Shown here: piece by piece, positions 52,169-64,000 of the stretch
How positions within the stretch are numbered: the first letter of the stretch is position 1
Layout of the letters: each line of letters begins with the position of its first letter
Source: Albugo candida
Lineage: Eukaryota
Length of the DNA: 64,000 bases
Assembly: GCA_040437565.1 (NCBI GenBank)
Contig: JBDOQK010000042.1
Location: 186,001-250,000, forward strand
Direction of reading: 5' to 3'
Position numbers and translations under genes: made by a program
Notes under the pieces: model-generated
What the model was told of the DNA's origin: nothing
What the model saw: only the letters and a program-made list of their open reading frames with translations
Database searches by the model: none

Positions 52169-53050
52169 TTATTGCTTTTCTTCTTGAACTTGCTTTAGCG
52201 CACCAGGCTTTGAAAAGTTTGTGCTGTACAGGTTTTGCTGATTTTCTTTCCCCGTATCGAGCCTTATCTTTGTCAGCCGATCTTTTTCACCTCGAAAAGT
52301 GCCTGTGATATCCTCGTGCTTACTTTGGCTCACAAAATGTGAAGCACCTGCATAATTGGATTGTTGGGGTAAAGAACCCATTTCTACACTTTTGTATTTG
52401 ACTGACATCTCGACAGACAAGTTGCATACATTTGAAAGGGTAAATATTCGAAACAACTCGTGAGAATATAAGAGGAGACAAACATGGGGTGCTGGGCTAC
52501 ACCGTGAAGCAAACATCATATTTTTAAGTGTACAGGATGATAATCTTATCGTCTCCCATTCAGCAGGAAATTTCTGTAGTGAGATCTTTTACCAAGGTCT
52601 TTTCTTGTCAAATTGAGGTTGGCGTTGCGAAGTTTTATGGCTAGTATGTGTTCGATCAGGTCAAAGGGCTGTGTCAAAAGTGATTCGTACGTTCTTAGCG
52701 CACCAGAGGATTAGCTGGTCGCGATTACATTCCGAATTTGAATACCAAAAAATTTCATTTCTTTAGCGTAAGAGACTTGACTTCATTCTGCTGACAAGAT
52801 TCTGGATATAACTTCACATAGAATACTAACTTTTTTTTCGTTTGCATGATCATTGTAGAAGAAGCGTATTGGAGCGTCTTCACTATGGACGTTCAGTAAG
52901 AGCCCATTCTTCACTTAACGAAAAGAACTGCATTAGCTGTCTACAAGGCTTCATATGGTTCAGCCAGCTCCAGCATTCTCGTATATTGGAGGCTCAACAA
53001 CGAAATGTTTCTTTCTTACTAATTATATCTCCGTTTCTGCCTCTCACTGT
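52169..53050 (-). pseudogene. Decayed paralogue of the CCG effector candidate
   Basis: VKYKSVEMGSLPQ (about 52365-52400) vs VKYKSVEMGFLPQ; nucleotide match of 52443-52483 to about 43393-43433; EMKFFGIQ (about 52738-52761) vs EMRFFGIQ. Interrupted by stops and frameshifts; boundaries approximate. Confidence 0.8.
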
Positions 53051-55319
53051 GAATTTTCAGACGTAGAGCCTATAAGATCTCTACTTTCCATTCCTCTGAT
53101 GCAATTGACATCCTTCCTTAACAAGTTGAACTGAGTTGAGATAACCATGCGCACATATACCAGATTGAAGCGACTCCTGAATAACCACGCGCGCAAATAA
53201 AGTCGAGTAGTCCATTACTATAAACAACTCACGTGTCAGCTGTAGGAACTCTCTAGAGAAAAGATATGGTTTTTGTCAGCGAGTCAAAAGTGGTAATATG
53301 AAGGAGATCAGGCTGAAAAACAGAACAGCTATGAGTAAAGTTTAAGATTATATCGGCTGGTACTAGTGGAGGAAAATGTCAATTGCTATGACAAGAGACA
53401 GACTTCACAGCACTCGATGTGATTTTGTAATGCTTTATACTGTCAAAAATCAATTGCACAATCGTCGCAGACTGACAAGCGAAAAGGTGAGCTCAATCTT
53501 CTTTTATATTATGACTATCGTACGAGTGTCTCAGGTGAAGCTGATAATATTATCATACCGCAACCTCCGTACGCTACACCTTCAATTGACAAAACACACA
53601 TACAATGCGCTCTTTAAGCATCCGCACAATCTCATAAAGCCTACCCACCCGACCAGCAGTTTGGAATTATTTTATGTATTAGCTCCAGAACATTAGTCAC
53701 AAATTTCTTTCTCCGTCTCAAGCTGAGTCAGATTTACGGGCGGAGCGATGTAATGAACTACAGTACAGCATTTGTCTTATAAAAAATGCCTTAACTCGCG
53801 CTCTCAATTCCAATGCTTTTGATGAGTGGGTAACTTCGAAAGCGACATCAGTTGATAGCAAAATCCCTATGGAAGAAAAATACGACAGTTTGCACGAATC
53901 AGAACTCAGGGAAGCCGAAAGCTTTCAAGAACGACCCTCGAAACTCATCATGGAACTAAGATAAGCTTAGAGAAGATTGTTAGAAGAGATCGTTTCCTGA
54001 CAGTTCGTCAAGGGTTTGCTCGTCAACTGCAAGAACCGTCACATGTAAAGTCCGACATCACCTGAGCGGCTGTTTTGTGGCAACGTGACAGATGGGACAA
54101 AGAGAGACGGTCATCACGTGGTACCAGACGGACGTCATGTGAAACGTGACATAGTCAAGTTTGTAATGCCGTTGCACATGCATGTTGCGGTGTTAACATA
54201 CAAGATTAATGCTGAACAAAGATCGCCACCACTTCAGCGACCAAATTCGATGGAGACAAAGAACCGGCTTTTGTTTTATGTCAACATGCCTTTTATTGAA
54301 TCATATCCACCTCCAAGACTCGTGTCTCAACATATACAGCACAAAAATCAGCGGGCAGTCTGCAGAGATCTTTGAGCACATCGAACGCACAGTAAAAGCT
54401 TGAATCGGCGATAACCTCTCCTCAATTATCGCTGTTTCCAGCAAGTGACATGAAATCGCCTCGGACGCAAGAATCCTGCGCGGAATCGAATTGTCACAAT
54501 TTTTGTGAATCTCACCGTCATCTTCTTTGGCGTTGGTCTAGTGGCAGGAATGGACAGTCCGTATTCACAGGTGTTTGATAAAACAAAATAAGGAATGGGC
54601 GCTCATTTCCAAACAAGAAGCCTTTTTCTCAGACAGAATTTGATCCGATTGTAGCTATAAATTACTGAACAGCCGATCACTTGATTTGACTGGAGCAGCC
54701 GCCCGACATCGGATAATTGGTGGGTTAATCCACACGGCTATTCAGTACACCTCCATGTGCTGATAAAAAAATGCGGCAAGCTCACAATACGCCACGACAA
54801 TGGTATGCATCCATTTCTACTTTGATTGGTGACTTCTGATGTACCTCCTTGTGTCTCGCTGTACTGCCGTTCCTAAGACGCAGTTCTTCTTGACAATTTG
54901 TGTTTTACATTCATTGCATTTCCCAGAAAGTTGTGTGATAGACGGACTTGAGATTTTCCATGCGACAGATCAGACCATGTTTAAGCTTCAAATACCAAGT
55001 GTATTGATAATTCTGGTAGTGTGACATCCACTGATGTGCATTGTGCTTTAGTGGTTATATCGACGCTGACATCATACATACATATTGGTATTTCATTGAT
55101 TTTTAAACCATAAGTATGGGCAGTTGTATGAATGGTAATGGAGCCAGCTTCTGCAGATCTCTTCCTAGCACTTTTTGGCCGTCCATATGGCGCTGTGAAT
55201 GCAGTGCTACAAGGAAATTCGGTAGCAGACCTCGTACGCGTACATCGATTTTCTAATTACTTTGGACGACCGCCACAACCGAAATACGTCTGCGTATTAC
55301 TGGCATGCGTAGGCCGTCT

Positions 55320-55510
55320 TGTTAAATCGTAGTGCGCCCGAAAGGTAGATGTAGAGCTTGAAGTTATATTTAAAGTTAAAGACGTTCCTTTGTCCGCTGA
55401 TACTCGTACGTTACCTACAACTCTCTCTTACACGCAGTCAACAATCATTGCAATCTCACAGTCGTTGAACTCCACCAGTCACAGTGTCACAATAGTCGCG
55501 TCATTCAACA
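55320..55510 (-). repeat. 3' LTR of the copia element (191 bp, TGTT...AACA), with adjacent polypurine tract
   Basis: TG...CA termini; minus-strand GGGAAGGAG immediately inside (55519-55511); homologous to 59790-59958. Confidence 0.88.
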
Positions 55511-58500
55511 CTCCTTCCCGGATGTCTTGACATCAGACACACTAGCTCGCGTAGTTCGCGTAAGGGAGCAGAGAATTTCTTGGTGAGCACGTCAGCCCGC
55601 ATCATTACGAACAACACCACCTTGTTAACACCCTTCTTGCTGTAATCCTTTACGAACTGTTTACTCACCGCAATGCGCTTCGTTCTCCCAAGCTTTCGTC
55701 CTCGATGATCTCTTTAATCGCCGCCTGGTTGTCGACATGAAGTATCCAACCTCATCGAGTAGCTCATACATTCCGGGTTTCTAACCTGTCGCCAGTAAAG
55801 CCACAATAAAATCTGCTTCCATTGTAGATAGAGCCACGCTTGCTTGTTTCTTACATATCCACCCCACTATCATCCCGTTCGTACACACCACGCAACCACT
55901 CACGGACTTGCGAACCTTGCGGTCCCCTGCATAATTGGCGTCATTGTAGCCTTGTAATGCTACTCGTCCATTCTTGATGTTCACGTCGTCATCGGAACGA
56001 TAAATGAATTGTCTATTCCCGCCCACAGCCAATCGCATTCGCGTGGCATATGCGTTTGTCGGCTGGATCGATGCACGGCAAACACGATGTCAGGTCTCGT
56101 ACAGCGCTCCATCCACAGCAGGCTCCCGATCAACGACTAGAATGTGGATATGGTAGGTTGCTCTATCGTTCCACCGTTTCCTTCAGGTAGAAGATCGTCT
56201 TCGCCTTCCCTGTCTTGATCATCTCCGACCGGTGTTCGCGCTGGATTCGGCAGCTCAAGTCCAGTAGTAACGATTGTCTTTCGAGGGATTTCTCTTGCTC
56301 AAGTTCTTACCCAATCTCGGGGTCGTACATCACCCTTATACCTAGAAACTTTGCCACCACTCCAAAGTTCTTCACTTCTAGCGCGTGCATGTCTTTGAAG
56401 AACTGATTGATCATTGTCGTCTTCGTGCCCGTCATCAAAAGATCACCCACATACACACCCACTTTCATGGTCTTCTGCCGTACATACAGCTGACGGTGCG
56501 ACACTGCGCGATTCCCACTTGCTCGAACGTCTTGTGTAGGAGCTCGGCCAAGAGTCTCCCAAATTGTGTTAGGCCGTATAGGCTCTTCCTCAGTCGCCAT
56601 GCTACCTTCCCTCTGTCGTCTTGATCAGACACTTCAAACTTGTTCCCTTCCATAACCATGCCTTGGAGCGGATACAAAAAGATTTCCAAATCATCTCCCT
56701 TCTTGGTCTACACGTATTCGTTAGAAATGTCGCCGTGTCGCGCGGTGCCTCGCTACAACCTTGCGAGCGGCAGAACTATCTTCGCCGTCGTCATGTTCAT
56801 TCCTGTACTGAATGTCATCACCATGAGATTGTTCGTTGCCACAGGCGACCAGCCTCGCCTTGTATCTCTCTAGCGAGCTGTCAGCGTGACGCTTGGTCTT
56901 ATATAACCGCTTTGGATGCAACAACTTTTCTTCTGCAAACTTTGGCACAACGCCTCGGTGCCATTCGCCTTGAGCGACTCGATCTCGGCAGCGATTGCTT
57001 TCTGCAAATCCTCTGATCGTGTTTACTGCATCGCTTCCCGTTAGTTTTTGGGAGCCGGCCATCTCGGCGACCATTGCAACAGGGACATGCTTTGCACACA
57101 TGTTCCTCGTTGTCATCCGTCCAACTGATTGTTCCTCCCGCTCAACTTCCTTGATGTTCTCGATGGTACCATCCACACGGCACGTTCTGCCTCCTGATCT
57201 TTTGCCTCGACTACCACGCTACGTCTTCTCCTTTCTACCGCAATGGGGATCTTTCCGCCCAGCGTTTCCACAGTCATTTGACGTTGTCGCAGTCAGCTTC
57301 TCGTCCCCTTGCCAGCTTCCTCGCGGTTCGCGACCAACTTTTGAGTGTCGAGTCCTCACATTAAATTTGTTCCTGAAGATGACGGGTCCCGTCTCCATCC
57401 AGCGTCTCTACATTTCTTACGTGTTTCTTCGTAATTACCACTCGGTCAGGCGGTATGTATACCTTCTAGCCCTTTGTCTCGTCGTGCTTTACAATTATTA
57501 GGCCGACCTCCGCCCGTGGTTTCCGAGATCTCTTTCCAGTGTTGAAATAGACAGTGCACGGGTTTTCAATACGACTATGTCGTATATCCTGGGAATTTCT
57601 CCTGGAAGCACTTCAAGTGGCGACATGCGCTTTGTGCTCGCACTTCTTGGACTACGATTGAAAACGTACGTTGCATATTGTACAGCATCTCCCCAAAAAA
57701 ACAAAGGCAGGCCAATCGCAAAAATCATGGATCTTGCCATATTCAGCACTGTGCGATACATTCGCTCCGTCTTCTCATTTGAAGCCTGATTGTTGGCTTC
57801 GCTCACTTGACGCATCACTCCGTAGACTTGCAAAGTGGGTGAACACACTTGTACTCAACATTCCCATCGGTACGTGAACGTGTACCTTGCAGTTGAACAT
57901 CCTTCAAGAGTGCAACAAGAATTTTTCGAACATTTTCGCAGCCTGATATTTGGTCATTGCCAAGAACATTCGGCGGTAGGTAGATGCGTGGTCAATAACG
58001 TTTATCATATGCGGTCGATAGGGGAGTTTCTCCCACTGTCTTCTTTAGCCTGAGCGTTCTTCGAGTGCTTTCCCTGTGTCAAAGTGGGGCAATTGGGATG
58101 GCTTTGATCGATCGAGTGGATGCCTAATAACGATGCGCCAGCCATCTTTACTCTCGGCCTCCCGGTCGTTGGAGCGCAAAGGTGCATAGAATGATACTTT
58201 TGGCTGTCGTTGTAGAAGCTTCATCTTCAGAACATTAATTTCCTTCGCGACTTCGCATACGATTGGTCCATCTCTTGCACGCTTTAGGACGGTTGTCGAC
58301 AGTGTATGACAACACCACAACCTTTCTTTCCAATTCACAGCATGAGAGAAATTTGTGCACCAGGTGTTCCACATAGTATACGTTGCTGACAGTGACTTGC
58401 CGTTGCTCACCATCAACACGCAATAACATGTTGACATTCCCCATCTTGCTGACATTGATCGTCTGGCCGTCGAGAACCTCACACGAGTCGTCACAGTCTT

Positions 58501-59789
58501 TGGCATTCACTAATATCCCCATTTTCATGATCAGGTGCCGGTTGCACCACTGACTAGTATCCATGTGTGCCTCGAAGTCATGTAGCCTGTCGTTACGCTC
58601 AGTGCGAACGCCGCGTGTGAGGCATCAGCCATTTCTTGCAGTCTCTTTTATAGTGACCAATCTCGCTGTATTGGTAGCAACGTTTCTGGCTTTTTGTCGT
58701 CGCCGCGTTTGCAATCGTCCTGACGCAACCACGACCTAATCTTCGGCCATTAGTGGAGTTTCTCGTCTCACTGTCTTCGCTCGACACATATTCGAATGTG
58801 CTCGCGAAATGAGCTACTTCCCATACTTGTCGCAAATGATCTCCACGGTGCCGATCCAGACGAGTAAACATCGCGCGTCTCGTCTCTGGCGTCACTTCTG
58901 CGCAAATATACTACCGCATAAATCGATTGGGGCAAGTCGCTGCTCTCTCCACCGCGATCAGATACTGTACTGGTCGACCCAGGTCCTACTGGCCCGGTTT
59001 CCTGTTTGCATTAGTCTGCTCGCTCAATTAACGATAATTTCAATTTCATACACCTCAAGCATCTTGTTCATCAAGCGCGCCACGGAACACACTTCTGCTG
59101 CCCAGCTAGCCTTCATTTTATCCAAGTATTTTCTGGCTGAGCCATCCAGGTACCGGTTTAATGTCTTCGAATTGAATTTTCAGGCCAAGCACCCCACGGA
59201 CAAGCTGTGCCGAAATCAGTTCATCCAGAAATCGAACCCCCCAATTCTTGAAGCCCGACCTTACCCCCGGATACTCTTCCTTCACCGTAAAACGCTCAAT
59301 TGGTAGCTTCATGTCCTTAATGCTTGGGATCTTGTATCCGTGGTTCTGTGGTGGGCGAAATTCTTTTTGCACCACCGAACCCCGCATTAGTGGAACGAAT
59401 TGTTATGGGCTCGACCCTGCAGTGGAGGCGCCATGAATGGTGATGAGTGCCCATCGCTTCTCCAACCGAGTCAGTTCTTTCTCTACTTTTCCTCGCCGCC
59501 AAGAACTGACTAAATACGCTTCCTCCAGTTGGCATTAGGACGTTGAAGTCAGCGACAGGCTGCTTATTACGATCATTGGTTCCCGCGCCAGGTCGCGAGT
59601 CAAACTTCCGATGAGTCCTTCAATCTATCCAATCGATCGCTTCCGTCTCCGGGGGGTCCACTCTCGCTCTTTCGAGGAGGAATAGCGCTTTCGCTTTCTC
59701 CTGCGCTGACCTGAGCTTTCGTCAGGTCGGCAGCATTGGTAGCGGCATTGACAGCGTGGGTGTCTTGTGGAGTCGTTGGGGTCATAACC

Positions 59790-59958
59790 TTTTCAGGCGC
59801 ACTACGACCTAAAAGGTAGATGTAGAACTAGAAGTTATATTCAAAGACGTAGTCCTGTCCGCTCTACTCGTACGTTACCTACGACTATCTCTTACACGCA
59901 GTCAAAAGGCATTGCACTCCTGCAGTCACAGTGTCCCAAGAGTTGTGTCGTTTCAACT
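59790..59958 (-). repeat. 5' LTR of the copia element, followed by a primer-binding-site-like GGTTATGACCCC (59789-59778)
   Basis: aaaggtagatgtaga...ctcgtacgttaccta...cttacacgcagtcaa...cagtcacagtgtc is shared with 55341-55510; diverged with indels. Confidence 0.85.
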
Positions 59959-61606
59959 CGTATCTATCCGAAAACGATTTGGATATTGAAGCTGCTCATT
60001 GCGAGTACTTGTACACGGTTTTGTCCATCCCGAGTCATATTCTCTGGTCCTACGCGCATTATCTCAAAGCTTGTTTCTCGCGTGTTATTTTGCATCGACA
60101 AAAAAACGCAGCACCTATACTTTACATCCATTACTTACTCTGACTACCTCCAAGACGATGCTTCTTTATTCTTTCTTTTCTTTGAGCATAAAGGTCACTC
60201 AATTAAATCGAATTAATGCTACACACTTTGACAGCAGCAGTGCTAAAAGTAGTAAAAATTGATAATAAATTGATGTAATCGCACAGCAAAAGCGACTAAA
60301 ATCTTCACGGAGGTTATTGCTCAAGTGAATGCATCACGATTATTCTGCATATCGCACATTTTCGGGTCAAGAATGGACCAGTACACGATATTCAATTACA
60401 ACTCATCTCGACATTCATTTCATTTTCTCCTCGATTATACACCTGCGGCTCTTGGATGCTTAAAATCCCAGAGCACATAGTGCGTGATATCCGCCAAGTT
60501 GAAAGGGTTGATAATCGTTCAAACATTATACTTTTTTGCATAAATTGTTTGCTTGCGTGTCGGAATTGCGGCACATAAGATGTTCTGCTCGACTCACTCG
60601 TTTTTTTTTATTCGAGACAGTAATTTCCGATATATTTACAGATTCAAAGTCCACCTATNNNNNNNNNNNNNNNNNNNNNNNNNNNNNNNNNNNNNNNNNN
60701 NNNNNNNNNNNNNNNNNNNNNNNNNNNNNNNNNNNNNNNNNNNNNNNNNNNNNNNNNNAAAAGGTAGATGTAGAACTAGAAGTTATATTCAAAGACGTAG
60801 TCCTGTCCGCTCTACTCGTACGTTACCTACGACTATCTCTTACACGCAGTCAAAAGGCATTGCACTCCTGCAGTCACAGTGTCCCAAGAGTTGTGTCGTT
60901 TCAACTCGTATCTATCCGAAAACGATTTGGATATTGAAGCTGCTCATTGCGAGTACTTGTACACGGTTTTGTCCATCCCGAGTCATATTCTCTGGTCCTA
61001 CGCGCATTATCTCAAAGCTTGTTTCTCGCGTGTTATTTTGCATCGACAAAAAAACGCAGCACCTATACTTTACATCCATTACTTACTCTGACTACCTCCA
61101 AGACGATGCTTCTTTATTCTTTCTTTTCTTTGAGCATAAAGGTCACTCAATTAAATCGAATTAATGCTACACACTTTGACAGCAGCAGTGCTAAAAGTAG
61201 TAAAAATTGATAATAAATTGATGTAATCGCACAGCAAAAGCGACTAAAATCTTCACGGAGGTTATTGCTCAAGTGAATGCATCACGATTATTCTGCATAT
61301 CGCACATTTTCGGGTCAAGAATGGACCAGTACACGATATTCAATTACAACTCATCTCGACATTCATTTCATTTTCTCCTCGATTATACACCTGCGGCTCT
61401 TGGATGCTTAAAATCCCAGAGCACATAGTGCGTGATATCCGCCAAGTTGAAAGGGTTGATAATCGTTCAAACATTATACTTTTTTGCATAAATTGTTTGC
61501 TTGCGTGTCGGAATTGCGGCACATAAGATGTTCTGCTCGACTCACTCGTTTTTTTTTATTCGAGACAGTAATTTCCGATATATTTACAGATTCAAAGTCC
61601 ACCTAT
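59811..61606. repeat. Gap-flanking duplication: 59811-60658 repeated at 60759-61606 (probable artefact)
   Basis: 848 bp at offset 948; identical ORF translations. Confidence 0.9.
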
Positions 61607-62499
61607 CATTGCAACATTGCGTTCACGACGACAACTCAGGGCATTTAGTTATCACAAGTATGCGAAGGTCATCCCCTGTCAAAAGCGTTGCTAATTTAAC
61701 ACGAAACAAATGCACCCTAGCCTGAACGCAGCGGACATACAAGACACACATTCCTTGAACAATTCCACATTGTTGACTGAAATAAATAAAATCGTGTGTG
61801 GAATGCTTTTCTATCGCATTCGATAGACTAAGTATAGTCATAAAGCCATTATGAATATGATTTTGTATTTTCCACGTGATGCAGATTGCGGAACATTAAT
61901 TTGTGCCGGTAAAGCGCAAAGTTGTGCTAGACAGCTTTTCTTACTGAGACTACTTGCTCATTGAGCAGCTGAGGAACGTCGTCCCATTGAGATAAATTGT
62001 TGCTAACTATTATGCGGCAAGTCCGATATCGACGCCGCTTGTGTAAAGCTGAAGTATCGTGGACTATAAAAGTATTTTTGCGAAGTATTCAACCGGCATT
62101 TCTAGCAGACGCACCCTACAAACAATGTGAATACCGCTTTCACTTCTCCGTAATCGGTCTCGTCTGTCGCCTCCTGCACTCGGAATGCAACCTTTCCGAG
62201 GCTGCCAGAGACCTGGCAACAATTCCCTAGCAACTTAAGCATAGTACTGACATCTGATGCTTGCAGTGCGATCGGGAAGAATCGGTTTGAAGCTTCTCTT
62301 GCGCGTACTGTTACAACGCAAGCGGGCACAATTGTAAATACTCGAAGAACTTGAAAAATATCGCTTGACTGTTGCTTGAGTGTTGCTCATCCGTATACTA
62401 AAAGAAATCTACACCTAAGATCTTTTGTGCGAACGTATTCCTAAGTACACTTGACATTTCCCTTCCGACCTAAAACCATCATTCCCTCACTTCAATGAA

Positions 62500-63909
62500 G
62501 TTTCTCAAGTTATGAAACTCTATATTGTCGCCACTTTCGGGTTCTGCTAAATCCAAATAACAAGTAGCTTCAGCACATCCTCATACATTATCGACAAAAA
62601 CTCCATCCAGTCCAACGAACAGCTTGACGCCCTTCTTGTAAATCTCTCACTTCTCAATCTTTTATCAGCGTATGGTGCATCCGAGCAATTGCGTGCGTGC
62701 CTTTTCTACCGCCAACAACGCATACTTTTCAGCTTATCCATTCGTGTAGGTTGATTTTCAATAGTTTACTGGAACAGTGATAAAAATAGAGCCACTTCTT
62801 GATCTCCGATTCTCGCTCGTGAATTAGACTCTATGCATCTACCCACTCAGCATCTTCAATGTAAGAACATTGTAACAAGAAAGCCATCACGCTACGATTC
62901 GGTGATCTTGCCATCCGTGATACTATACTTGGTCTGTTCGGCCGAATTCAATTACCTTTTCATTGCTCATTACATCCCATTGCCAGCACATGCAATATTT
63001 AACAGTAAGTTCTCCTCCTCAGTTTCCTGCTGCCGCTCGACGAAGAGGAAGATCTTGTTCAGATTAGCTGATACATCTTCGATCCCATCTGCTTATCCAT
63101 TTTCAGCAATCGCCACCAATAAATGTACCAAACAACGATTTTGCTCCAATTGTGAGGTTATGATTCTTCGGAATTCAATTAAGTCAACGCGTAGTGGATG
63201 TCAGTAGAGACACATTCACATTCTGTATATATTCGTCTAGTCAAATTTCGCTTCGCAAAGAGAATTTCGCAGATCGGCATCCGAAGTTGAGCTCCCATCT
63301 CAAAATTTTTAAACGCGCTATACAGCGACTCGAATGGCTTTATAAGCTTTCCTGTAATCTACAGAGCATATGCCACGATATCTGTGTATCCAAAAAACAC
63401 TCTTCTTCAGGTATAAAGTCCGTTAAGACCGTAAAAATCGTTTTTGTTCATATTTCGGTAGTTTCCAATAAATGAGAAACGATCGAGCATTCATTAGGAA
63501 CACGATCGTCTATTACTTGTAAGAGGCCCTTTGAAAGATAGTATCGTGTATACCTACGTAAAAAGCGGTAATCGGTATCATTGGTATTTCACTCGCAGAA
63601 TATAAGTAGCGCTAGCCAAACTTAAGTCGGAATTGGGGTACATAGAGTCGTATTTCTCAAATTTGGCTCGATGATTGTTATATAATTGAAATGCATTGAT
63701 GGTTTCGTACATACGTCGCGATAAAAAATTTCGAGTTCTCTGTTACGTCGCACTTTGACTGGTGGATCTGCCGCATAAGTCACTCCAGAGACATGTTCAT
63801 ACCGCACAAGCAAAGAGAAGAATTGATCATTCAAATTGTTTTCAGCTTTCGCTATCTTTTTATTTCGCTGTCTTTTTTTTGTATGACTTAAGGCTCGCTC
63901 GTACAGCAT
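62500..63909 (-). pseudogene. Decayed protein-coding sequence of unknown family
   Basis: ORF 63622..63909 followed by stop-interrupted protein-like frames (e.g. LDEYIQNVNVSLLT near 63200-63242). Confidence 0.3.
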
Positions 63910-64000
63910 ACATTTGCTACTCGACTACATCACATTCGTCATTTTGGTCATTTTGGTCACTAGTACCCATTGACCACCTCATCACAACTAGCCAATCTAC

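Larger units (their letters stand above)
55320..59958 (-). mobile_element. Full-length degenerate Ty1/copia LTR retrotransposon (4639 bp)
   Basis: Copia domain order: gag zinc-knuckle relic (CYQYSEIGHYKRDC), integrase (ERMYRTVLNMARSM..FWGDAV..NRSP), RT (YKARLVACG, LRKSLYGL, VYVGDLL), RNase H (DANYAGD..RKSVSG, KKQASVALSTMEA). Many frameshifts. Flanks CGTCT (55315-55319) and CGTAT (59959-59963) form a near-perfect 5-bp TSD. Confidence 0.93.

Noticed and set aside
60759-60906. Apparent third (solo) LTR
   Set aside because: Lies inside the exact duplicate of 59811-60658 next to a gap.
1-64000. CRISPR arrays, rRNA, intact tRNA genes or prokaryotic operons
   Set aside because: None seen; the sequence is eukaryotic with spliceosomal introns.

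Overview
Eukaryotic, oomycete-type scaffold window, most likely Albugo (white rust). This is inferred from compact genes, GT-AG introns of about 50 bp, a secreted CHxC/CCG-motif gene and oomycete-type retroelements. There are eleven 100-N gaps. Nine are flanked by apparently identical direct copies (about 6.8 kb in total) that look like unmerged contig overlaps; collapsing them restores in-frame ORFs. The gene-dense core (about 9.6-47 kb) holds: a coiled-coil/ZZ-finger protein; three paralogues of an uncharacterised MG-start family; a TKL kinase; a MATE transporter; PIG-A; a small RVxF-motif protein; methylmalonate-semialdehyde dehydrogenase; an unusual Arb2/FAM172-domain plus AGC-kinase fusion; an ABHD hydrolase; an APC permease; a PDCD2-like gene; a P4-ATPase; and a secreted multi-module CHxC/CCG effector candidate of about 796 aa. 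The flanks are decayed. They contain an MG-family pseudogene, a LINE remnant, a multi-module CCG-like pseudogene, an old segmental duplicate (flippase 3' tail plus CCG paralogue), and a full-length degenerate Ty1/copia element whose 5' LTR end carries a microinversion. All assignments come from motif recognition by eye; no searches were run.
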